In this document: positions 10,301 through 22,300 of the stretch, piece after piece
Numbering within the stretch: position 1 is the first letter of the stretch
How the letters are laid out: each line of letters starts with the position of its first letter
NCBI RefSeq assembly: GCF_000002075.1
Contig: NW_004797478.1
Span: 446,197 to 510,196, forward strand
Length of the DNA: 64,000 nt
Direction: 5' to 3'
Source: Aplysia californica
Taxonomy: Eukaryota
Notes under the pieces: model-generated
Database searches by the model: none
Told to the model about the DNA's origin: nothing
Seen by the model: only the letters and a program-made list of their open reading frames with translations
Translations under genes and position numbers: made by a program

Positions 10301-13300
10301 TTCTATCCAAGTCATAACACAGTATTTTGAGTTCATGTATCTTGAAAGGATATTGTTTGGGTGTTCCACAGTGTTTTACTTGGGGCATCTTCCTTAGGCT
10401 TGGTGATTTTGTATCCACTTGCCAAGAGGTACACGTACTGGCCACAGCTGATGTTGGGTAAGGCTTAATTTTTTTGCCACTAGATTGTTAAGGTTGCCTT
10501 GATCTGGGGTCAAGGGCTCGACCTTCAAAATGTGTATAGTTTGGATTTCGACACTAGCAACGACTCACTCTCTGTCAAGGAATTTAACACAGGCTCTTTT
10601 GAGAAACAAAACCAGAAATTTCTCTTAAATCCTTGATTGTTATCATTTTGGAATTAACGGTTCTCATTATGTTGAAAGTGATTTATATAGAACTTTCCTG
10701 GGCACACAGTAATTTTTTTAATATGGGCTCTTAAAAGTAAAAAAAGGAAAGCAAAACAAAATCAAAATATTTATATATAATGTTGATGTGCACTGTAGAG
10801 TGATTTTATTACTGGTTTAATTTTTTTTTACCTGAGTTGTGCTGGTTGATTTTCCGTACTCATGTTCAGCACTTCTGCAGTATTGATTTTTTTTTCTGAT
10901 AGAAGGTTCACCCAAAGGCCTAAGCCTATTTCTTTTGACCAGCTCTGTCTCACGCAGGATCTACCACATTGCAGCCTTTTATACACACTTGACAATAGCT
11001 TATTCCATCTCCGGCCTTCAGTTAAGTGTTCATTTGAAAAGACATGGACATGGAAAAATAAGGTTAAATTAACCTACTTTCTTGAGAATATTAAGTCTTG
11101 CCACGCCTTCTAAGAAATTGAAACTAAAACCTTTCAGTAAGCTAAGCACCTTAGCCATTTGGGGACTATTAAAGTCCATGTAAATTTTTATTGAACAGCT
11201 GATACTATTATGGTTTTAGGTAAAAGTTTGTAAGTCTGGAATATCATCCCACTTGGTAACATGGAATTAATTATTTTTGCTTTGGACATATATGTGAGGC
11301 AGCGTGGTGGAATCAGGCTCTCGTCAAAATAATCAAAGTGAAAAAACTTGCATTTTTCCGCAGGTTTGTGAACTTTTATCAAATTTTTTTTTTTGGCTGG
11401 ACACCTTTCATGCCCATTAAAGAACTAATTTCTGTGTGGATTTTTCTGAAAAACATTGATTAAATGCACAAAAAATGTAAATTTTCAGTTACCACGGACT
11501 ATTAAGATAAGGAAATAGCTAATCTTTGGCGGCCATTTTCTCACTAATTTTACTTCTGAAAACAGGTGACCCCCACCTCCTTCAATCGCAAATATCTCGA
11601 CTTGTATTCAAGATAAATGGATATTTTTTTCGTCCTAATAAAAACAAGTGAACAAGCTTTAAGATGATACCAATAACTCAACATGCCCAAAAATTGAGGA
11701 GAGCCTGATTCCACCACTCTGCCTCACATATGCCCCTCACACTTACTATTACTTTTACCTAAAACAAATCTGTTGTATATTGTAAATGAGTCTCTCCCTC
11801 ACATACACTCACATACTGAAAGCAAGCATTTTCAGTACAAGTAGAACCCTGAACTTTTGGAGGAGGGATGCTAGGACTCAATGATCATTAGGAGACAAAT
11901 GCTGACAAAACATCAACATGCACCAAAATAGTCATTTAAAAATCACACAAATTGAGAAAGTCTGATGTCTTCTCTAAACCCCCCAAATTATAAAAAAAAT
12001 CCTTATCATACATGTACAATAGTAGTACGGGGGCTCTCATGGCCTAGAGGTTAAGGCGTTGGCCTCTCATTCAAAGGTCCCAGGTTCGAATCTGGGTAGC
12101 GACCAAAAAATTTTCTTCTCTAAAATTGTCTCCTTTCACCTCCTTTCCTGCTTTCTAACAATGTTTTGTTGTCTGCTTTCGTCTCCTCTTTGAAACTCTT
12201 TCTGCCCCCGCCCCCTCCTCTGGGCTCCTGACTCTTTCTGCAGCCTTTCTACTGCTACTCCTTTGCTCCTTCTTACTGCTGTCTTTCAGCCACCTCCCTG
12301 ATCTTCTGGTAAGAAAGATCTACACCTAGCCTTCTTGGACAAGGGCAAAAATTCTCGGAGGGCCCATGTGCAAGTTGCGCACGTTAAAGATCCTTTGGTG
12401 GTCTAAAATGGATAAGAGTAGGCTTCGACCGCATCCCCGGCAAAATTAACAATTTCCTACCAACTAAAAATATGAGGTGTGTCCCGCGCACTCATATGAC
12501 CTTATTTAGTTGCGAGCATCGTAAAACACTTACCCCGTTCGCAAGGTTCCAAATTCCAAACTTCCCTACCAAGAAAAATATCCATACCACACCTGAAAAG
12601 GTAGTAAAATATCCATTACACTTTCCTTGATTCCAAACATTTTGACCATGTCTCTCCATTGAAGTTTACCAAGGAAATGAAGATCTGAAGAGGGGGAGGT
12701 ACAGTGAAACTGGGATACAACAAATTCCGAAAAATCGTATTCAACCCCTTTTTTGAAAGTTCATTAAAATCAAAATAAACACATGAATGAGCAAACTCGG
12801 ATTTAATGAAGCCCCCCCCCCCCNNNNNNNNNNNNNNNNNNNNNNNNNNNNNNNNNNNNNNNNNNNNNNNNNNNNNNNNNNNNNNNNNNNNNNNNNNNNN
12901 NNNNNNNNNNNNNNNNNNNNNNNCCCCCCCCACTGATATTGCTTCAAGACTTTACTCCTGCAACAAAGTTTATCACCTCTATTCCAAGGGACTATCAATC
13001 GGTCCTGCACCATGGGTCATTACATGCTTAGCCTATTGCATACATATTATATGACCAATCAGAAGCTCTCTTTCACATTTCACGCCAACATGTATATGTT
13101 GTTGACACATGTGTAAGGCATGACTTGTCCTAGCATGTGCAGGTGCAGGGATCAGGAGAGGTCACATGGCCGGCCAGCACATGTGTGGCTGTTATTACGT
13201 ATGTCTAGGGATCGGAGGAGCGTTAGCATATGCGTTCCTGGCATGAAACATCTTGCAGATGCGTCACAGTCATACTCCCCTCCCCTCCTCCTGGGCTACT

Positions 13301-16300
13301 GAACAGTGAAAGGCTAGCTTAGACATAGGACTATGTCATGGATTGTGCTCTGATCTTTGGGAACAAGCATTGCCATATGATAAACCCCACACTGCTCACA
13401 TTGATATCACAAACACTCGAATTTAACTAAATTAGAGGTCTGGTCCAACGACTTCAAGATATCCGAGTTTTACTGTAGTACTTGGGCATTCTACTTCCTC
13501 AATGTCGACCCTCCCACGCAAAGCTGTATTATGCCAAAGATCATGTATAACAAGATAGTTCATTCCTCTCTTTGAGCCAATTAGAAATGTGTCCTCAAAA
13601 TTCAGTGGCGTCTTCTTCGAAAAAGCATGGACTTTGCGAACAGAGTTACCCTACTTGTGTGGAACAACAATAAAAGTGAAAATAACAAACTGTGCTATTC
13701 CTATTCTTCTTCTGGAAAAAAGAAAGAGAGCTTCAAAACAAAGACTGCAGTGCCATCTGAAGCAATGTGCAGACTTCCTCTGACACTTTTTTGGCTAGTG
13801 AACAATCTTGTTATGTAGGATCTTTGATTGTACATAATGCTTTAATCATCCAAGTGTCGATGGCCAATTAAATCAGCAGTAAGATTCGCGGCCGATTTAA
13901 TCAGACATAATTTGAGTGGCTGTATTGGTTCGTTTGTCCCATTTTTCACACCACCAAACTTTTTAACTTTTTCACAAATGAGCTCAACTATGTATTTCTT
14001 TTCTACTTTCTGAAAATGTTTACGTTTATGGCCTTTACTTGGCTGGTTTGCCTGTTCTCAAGCATTTTTTCGACATAATATTATGGTTAAATCACATAAT
14101 TTCCCCTGACACCACAGGTTATTTGTTACTGACTTTGTGGGTTAAGATCAACTGTCACAAGGCCAAAGCTGTACAAAAGAGCTATATATGATGTCTACAT
14201 ATGAAAACTCTTAGGAACTACAAATACACCCAATTAGGTGGTAACTTATGGAGTAGACTAATTGACCCAAAGTTTTGATTCCCTCCAACGATATCAGCTA
14301 AAATTTGGCTTTTCTTATTGATTGTAATGAAATTAATTCCTTCCCTGGTCCCATAATGGTACCCCCCTTCCAATAACATGAAGTAAATACTGTTCTTGTG
14401 TAATTACTGACAGTGGTAAATAATTGTTTTTCACTAAAAATATGTAGAATCTGTTATCTATCGAAACACTAGTTGTTGTTTTTTCAGATATGTGTACTCT
14501 GTAGGACACAAGTTCACTGGTATTTGCTTTGAAATAAGAATAGGCATGTTGTTCCACCAGTTCAGTTATTATATTTATAGTATCTTAGTCTTAATGTTCA
14601 CCTTTGATGGCCTCATTTTCCCAGGGCTAACATTAAACTGGGGTGTTCTGCTGGGTTGGAGTGAGATGAGGGGCTCAGTGGAGCTGGCAGCCCTGAGTCT
14701 GTACGCGGCCTGCACAGTTTTTACCATCATTTACGATACCATTTACTCTCATCAGGTATATGCAGTCAGTTGCTATCAGGGTTTTTTTTTTCTCAGGTTT
14801 TGTTTTGTAGTTATGTTCTCTGCTGGTTGTGTATTTCTCATAGATCTTGAGGATGTCCCACTGTTTTGTTTGTTTTCATGCAACATCGCAGTATGATTAA
14901 GAAACATTATTAGATGCCACTGTGGACAGCTTTATTCAAGAAACTTTTTGGTGTATTTTTTTGTCCTTTCTGTTGTCATTTTTTTGGGGTCCTTTTGTTC
15001 CTTTTTTTTTGGTGGGGGGCTGATGAGGATTTTAAAAATATGCGACATTTGGTTAATATAATTAAATTTCATACTGTAGTTATTCAATATTCTGTGATCT
15101 GATTTTGGATTCTTTTTTTTTTTTTTTTTATTTCACCCTTAATACTATACTCTTGTTGATTATTTCAATTTTTGTGAGTGAGGTCTGATTTTTTTTCAAA
15201 GCTTCTTGTCTGCACATCTTGTCTATCATTAAAAAGCTTTATCAAGTTTATTTGATTGTTTTGATAAACCGGTCTATTTATTCGATAGTGCTCTGTGAAT
15301 TTAGAATGTTGAAACTCAACTTTAGAGTTGTATGTAAACTTGGGAAGGATTCCAGTAGTAGTCCTAGATTAAGCATTTCCTTTAATTTCACCAAATTTTA
15401 TCACTTTGAATTCACATGATAATTTGTAGTGTTATGTTTAGCAAAATCTACTCTGTTTTGGTGTAGTAAATGCTCTGTACTGTTAAGAGAACGTACCAAG
15501 TCTTCAAATACCTTCACACACTATGTTTATTGCGTGCTGTCTTTTTTTAAGGGTTGGGGGAGGGGGGGGGAGGGGAACACCATTGCAAAATGAGCAACTT
15601 GCAATGAAATATTTTTTCTTTGTTCTCTTTGACGCAATACAATTCGCCCCCACATGACGTTACAGTCCTGCGTGCGGAAAGTTTGATCCTTGACTCGTCC
15701 CCCTTTTGTAACCCAATAGTTTTTTAAATGACCGAAGTAGGGTATCGACACTGGTAAATGATCTTTCATATCTCTGAGCATTGCGTGCGTGTGTTTGTGT
15801 TCTTAATTTGAAGTACAGTGTTATAGTTATCCCTGCTCTCCATGGGGAAGTAGGAATAGGACCTCAAAGAGGGTATCTACTTATCATTTTATGTTGGATA
15901 TCAATGATTTATCCACACACACAACGCAGGTGTACAAAATACATAATACATCAGTGATTGCTATAACCTGCCCAAAACTTCTTTCAAGTGTACACTCATA
16001 AAAATCTGTTTAAGCCCAGTGACACAACAGTGACGCTAGCTTCATTAAAGAAAAAAGTGGGGGGGGGGGGGGGGGGATTTCATGGTCAGCTTCTCCGACT
16101 GGTAACCTTTTTTTTTTTGACCGGGGGAGGGCGAATTCAAGACCCCCCCCCCCCTCCTCTTTAAGTGGGTGGGAGTTAAGGGGGTGGGGGGGGGGGAGGG
16201 GGGAATACAAATTGATGCACGTGAAAGAAGCACTAAAAACGAAAGGTTGTCATTTGCAGTTGAGACTGATGTGTTTGTTGGGTCAAGTTTTTTTCTGTGC

Positions 16301-19300
16301 ATGTTGAAAAAAAATCTTCACTGCATTTATCCACTCAACCCAACTGTCTTTTAGGTTATGATTGGTGATGGGTCTTTGTTGTGCTCAGGATTTCTCAATC
16401 CCACACCTCTTTGAACGAACTTTTCTCCCTGAAATATAATATTATATGAGCCACATTTTGTAAGTCTTTGCCGAGAGTGTGCTTGACAAATTGTAAATGA
16501 GTATTGTGCTTTGTCAAGAAATGTCTGTGTGGCATAGAATAAAATTTTCTGAAGTGCTTTGAGTGGCAAAACTAAAGAATTGGTCCTGAAATAGGTCTAT
16601 TACATACTTGACACTTTTGCAAGTTTGGAAAGAAACAGTTAAGAGTATGCAAAGGAGGTTACAAAGTAGTGAGGCCTGTTCTTTAGTTTTGCTCTTTGAG
16701 TTTTCTACACTCCATATGCATGAAGCCTGAAGCCGTTTGTTCATACTCAAGTGTTTCCTATGTTATTTTATAACAAAGTTTACAACCTTTTGATGCTAAA
16801 TTAGAGAGGAATATGCTTCAGATTTCTTTTAGCTTCTGTTGTTAGGGGATATTTTTATCTTTCTGTAGTGTGTAAAGAACATTCTGTTTTTCGTGTGTCA
16901 GCTCAACTTATGTGTTGTGACATTGCCATTTATTGGCTTTTTTTTCTGCTGCATTGCACCTATCGCCACCTATTAGCCTTGTAGGTCATTTTTCTGTTGC
17001 TTTTCTGTCATAGACAGCTTCATGCTAGATTTGCTGTACAGTGTAGATCCACAGTGAATCTCTGTTGAAAGTGTAAAATGGAAAGGATAGTAAAAAAGAT
17101 ATCTGTGACTTGTTAAACCTGTGCCATTTCTAATGGGACCTGGTGGATTTCATACGTTTTTAAAATTGCTTTTGAAAATATTTTTCATGTTCTTACTTTT
17201 GGAAACAGGAGGGGGGGGGGAGGGAGTTGGTTGTTTTCATACGTCATTTTATTAAATAATGAGTTGGGTTTTTTAAATTTCCAACCAAAATTTGTTGTGG
17301 ATTCCTACTGAATTTGTTCTGTGTAAAGCATTTGCTGACGCGTTGTATTCTGAGACTGGCATCTAAGAATTTATCTCATGCTTTATGAAGACTTATTAGT
17401 TTTCAAGTCCATTTTTTCTTCATAAGTTCTTCTATAAAATTTTAGGTCTTTATCCTTTTGGTGACTGACTGCATGTACAAGTGGAAACCCATAAATTGTA
17501 CTATAATCATATTTATGTTTATCAAGTTTAGTTATTTCTTTCTGGTTCCTGGCTTTTTATTGTGATTTTGTCACTCAAGGAAAACCACATTTTATTTTGA
17601 ATAACGGAATGAAGTAAGTGTAATTGAGATGAGGTCAACCAGATTCCTATGTTTACCACTGGGTCTGTGGCAACAAAAACAATTATCTTCAGACTTTTTA
17701 TCTGTTATGGCAGGGACTTTTTTGAACAGCATTTGAGTTTTCTAATAACATTGCAATCAATCAATCTCAATTGTTTCTCTTTTGTGGTCTTTTTTGCTTT
17801 AAAAAGATATAGATTTTGAAACTTTCTAATATACGGCTTACTAAAAGTAAATGGAAACGTTTGTTGTTTGATAGTAGTCTGGTGTCCAGGACTGTCGTTT
17901 CCTTTTGAGGTACGCGGAACTTTAGAGCAGATATGTGGAGGGAAGATGCTGTGGGACATTTATATCAAAGTATTTTGTGGACAGCAGTGGGGCATCCTTG
18001 TTTACTGGTAATGTGGTTAGGCTCACTATCAAATTAGGGCTCTCCAGGTCTAGAGGTTATGTTATTCACCTCTCATTCAATAGGTCCTGAATTCGAAACC
18101 TGATAGCGACAGAAAATTTTTCTTCTCCGTATTTTCTCCTTTCACATCCTTTCCTGCTCTCCAACCATATTGTGTCGTCTCCTTTCTTCCCCACCCCCCT
18201 CCCCCCTATTTTTTTGCACCCTCCTCTAGGCTCCTGACTCTTTCTACTGCTACTCCTTTTCTCCTTCTCTCACTACTGTCTTTCAGCCACATCCCTGATC
18301 TTATGGTAGGTAAGATCTAACATCTAGCCTTCTCGGATAATGGTGAAAAAATCTCTGAGGTCCCATGTGCAAGTTGCGCCCATTGAAGATCCCTTGGTGG
18401 TCCTAAAATTAATAAGAGTGGGCTTCGGCCGCCACCCAGGCAAAATTCATAATTCCTACCAAACTGTTTAATGTGTCCTGCGCGCTCATATGACCTTTTG
18501 CAGTTGCAAACATCGTAAAACACTTACCAACCCCCCCCCCCCCCCCCCCCCCCCCCCCATCAAATATGGTTTTAATTCCTTGCAAAGTATAGGAAAGATT
18601 CTTTGCCTTATTTTTCCAAGTTCACCGAACTGCAAAGGAGTTCATTGCCAGGTTCATAGCCTACCTGTGTATGTGAATAAGAGAGTAAGGTTCTTAACAG
18701 GCTGCAATGCTGTATATTTCCCAAGGATTTGAAGCAATGAAAGATTGTCATTATGAAATCAAATGGGCTTTGAGAGGGTTACAAAACTTGGTGATATGAC
18801 CTTTTGATTTGAAAATTCATTGCTTCGAAGCTAATGACTTTATGGGCCAACTTCCCGCCCATACTTTCTCGCCCCTTCTTGTAGGGTTCACATTCAACTA
18901 TGGGGCTCTGCTGGGTTGGTCGGCTGTTCAGGGATCCAACGATTGGTCCGTCTGCCTGCCCCTGTATTTCTCTTGCGTTTTGTGGACTTTGGTATATGAC
19001 ACCATTTATGCCCATCAGGTAAGGCCACTGGTAGAAGTGGTAGAAGTAGAAACTGGACCATAACATTTAGGTATGCCAATAGCAACCCTCTCCCGCTTCT
19101 TTTAGCCTTTGGAATTGCCTACAATTGATTTTCTGCTTGTAGTTACATATATATTATAATAATTCAGTGCTTTTTTGTTCCTTCCTTTTTGCTGTCTATC
19201 TAGATTTATTTTCCTGTTAGTGTTTGGAATTTCTTTCACTTTCTTAAATATGAATTAAGTGGGACTTAGTTTTAGTGGATAGGCAATCTAGTGTACAGTG

Positions 19301-22300
19301 GAAACCATATAACTGACCTGGTAATAACAGGGATCCGGTAATAACTGGGATTTTTTAAATCCCCGTTTTTTCCTACTCTTTGTCTCTATTAAAAGTTATC
19401 GGCAGTAACAGGGCCTCATTGGAGCCCAATGGGTTATAGCAGGGACAAAGGCTCGTTAGCAATGTGTTAAAAGTAAGATAGAGAGAGGGAGAGAGTAACG
19501 CAGAGATGGAGTGAGCCCACGCTGGCCATGCCACTGCAGGCACACGCAGCGGGTAAAGCAAGAAAGGGCTGCGGTGTGTTGCAGACTTCGATCTAGCCCT
19601 AAGCCCAGCTACACACACGCGTAATGTGTCATGCACAGGGTACTTTTTGCAGGGGAAACTACCCATTAACAAATACAGTTTGATTAGTCCACAAATGCTT
19701 ATTTCTGATTTCACAGGGATCTGATATAATAGGATTTTTTTCTCTGGTCCCACCACCCCAGTTATATCAGGTTTTCACTGTATAATTAATGATAAAGTTG
19801 CAAATTTTTCTTTTTAAAAAATAATGAATTCGGACTTGTATATTTTCTCTAACACATTAGTCAATGGCTTTTTTGTTAAAGCCATCAAACCCAAAATCAG
19901 TGAGAGCAGCACTTAAAGTTTTTTCCCAATGTTCCTTGTGTTAGTTCTGTGAGTATGTCCTATTCTGGTTTTGCCACACAGCCATTTATTACATTTAATG
20001 GGGGGGAAAAAAGAATGACATTGTACTTTTTGGTATGCCTACTTGTATTTTGTATGATGCTGTACCACAGATTTATTTCTCTTTGTTTTTTTCCTAATTA
20101 TCAGTTATTTTCCCAACCTACCTTCATCTTGTGCTTTTGCTTGCTGTGCCTTTTTTGCTTTGGGATGGGTCAATTTTAGCGTGCAGTGAGTTATATAACA
20201 ATTCATAAGGAATAGTTTTTAGATATTCTTGCCTACTTGAGTAAAGCGCCTGAAGGTGCCAGTTTCTTAGTACTTCTTTGTTCTAGACCCTGGCTACTAT
20301 AGTAATGTTCCTCTCTCTCTCTCTATCTCTGTCTTTTCATTTGGGTGAACCCTTTGCAAAACCTCTGCACTACGGCAGTCACCATTTTGGCCAGAGTTCA
20401 CGCCATTTTGTCTCATTACAGTTCAATCCCCGAAGAGTCAATATACAATTTGGGAGGGGGGGGGGAGAAGGGGGGTTGGACCAAAGATAACTTAATTCCA
20501 CTCCAGCAAACTGACTGGGACCTATTATTTTTTGCCTTGGTAGTGTAAGATACTTACATTCCTTTGGTCATTCAAGACAAGAATGTTGGATACCTTCGAC
20601 AGTAATATGCTGTCACTTTAGTCAAGACCGTTGCTCATTGATTCATAATTGTTGTAGACCAGTTGCTCTGGAGACTGTGTCTGGTAGAGATCAAAGTTTA
20701 TCCTTGCTGAGTTCCATTTGATACTTATAAACTACTAAAAATGCTACTAATACTAATTGACTTAGTGCATATCCCATTTCGTGTGAAATTTACAACTGTA
20801 GATGTGTACTCTTCCCGTCTGCTTTAATTTTTTTTTGGTCTCTTTTTATGGGCGTACTTATTATTTTTATCCTCTGCTTATCCTGTCAAAATGTGGCCAT
20901 ATTGTGCTGTCCACCCAGCAAGCCCTCTTTGTCAAACTTTCCTCGCACCTAAACAAGTATATACTTACAGTGTCAGTGCCACCGTAACCCTGTAAATCTA
21001 GAGCTGAAGTCACCCCATGATCATTATCCTTCTAATGTCTTCAGTGTCTTTTGCCTTTTTTCAGTTTCCCCTTAAATTAGTTTAGGTTTTGTAAGAGTTT
21101 TACTGCACTTGCAATGCTTATAGGTTATATAAGTGCCAAAAATTAGAGGGGCTACAAGAGAGTAAATTACATAGAAAAGAAGGAGAGATATGGACGACAG
21201 ATGTTTGATAGGGAAGGACCAAACCACTCCAAAGAACCTGCCAACCTACTACACTCTTTATCATGGGTGGATGGTGAATGCTTTGGTGTGGTTTGCACCT
21301 TCTTTCTTTAATTAAAAAAAACTCCTCCTTATCTCTCCTCCCTCTTTTTTTGTTTGTTTCTCTCTTGTAATTGAAACACCTCTAATGTTCCGCACTTATA
21401 TGATCCTATTGTGTTGCAGGTGCCTTAAAACTCTAACAAAAACTGAACAAATCATTCCTTATCGTTTGCAGTATTATTATATCTCATGCTGTCTGCATAA
21501 GCATAGATCTGTTTGACTTTGGCTCAGTTTATTATTCCCTGTATGTAATTTAAAAGTCTTGTTTGACCAAGTGACCGAAGGGCAATGCATGTTTATTACA
21601 GAGTTTCCTTTGAGTTTATGGCTACTGCTTTGAAATTAATACATTTTGTATGACAATGGCATTGCAGCTTGAAGAGCTTAATCCGTTTTTCTGCTCCAAA
21701 ACTTCAAATCAGTAACGTGCATTCCTCATTCTGCTCATGAAATTTAAGTGTGGTCCTTGTAATTTTTTAAAATTATTTTTTCGGCAGGGGGGTGGGACAG
21801 TTCCAACTGCATGGGATTGTGTGAAGATGCTTCTCTTTGACGTTGTCCTTGACAAACAAAATGTGGTTCAAATTGGTCCATGTAGTGGATATGTGCATTT
21901 TTTTAGATCAATTAACTCTTTATCTCCGAGGAAGGTAAACCCACTGCGCCGGGGCCCTTTTTTTGGTGCTAAATCTAAAAATGACGAAAACTGCTTTAAA
22001 TGGATCATTAAATCGAAACTAGCAAACCTATTTTGATAGTTCTTCATCTAATGAATGAACTTCCGGTATAAGAGACCTGTTTTCGACAATTGCCGAAAAG
22101 TAATTTGATGTCGAAGTCGTCGTAAAGGAGTGTGCCCGAGCCGGAGATGAAGAGTTAATGAACACATTTTTCCTTTCTCATGATTCTGTTTGTCTATCTT
22201 GCCTTTTAACTGTACTTAAGCCCATTAACTTGTTGATGTTTTTCTCCATGACTGAAATTTATAAATGAACCAAAGTTAAATCCAACATTTTAGTATATTA

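Noticed and set aside
16298-17475. Three TGCATG (Rbfox) motifs between the alternative exons (16298, 16717, 17470)
   Set aside because: More than 1.4 kb from either exon and close to chance frequency.
14625-19018. Duplicated exon as an assembly artefact, second gene or pseudo-exon
   Set aside because: Only about 51% amino-acid identity, unrelated flanks, intact frames and splice sites, no other exon duplicated, and differences fall on the known L/S versus F/A positions.
14550-19090. Docking/selector RNA pairing for exon choice (TTCCACCAGT near 14551 with ACTGGTAGAA near 19028; GTTGCTAT near 14769 with ATAGCAAC near 19079)
   Set aside because: Only 8-10 nt, one with a mismatch, expected by chance; needs cross-species covariation to support.
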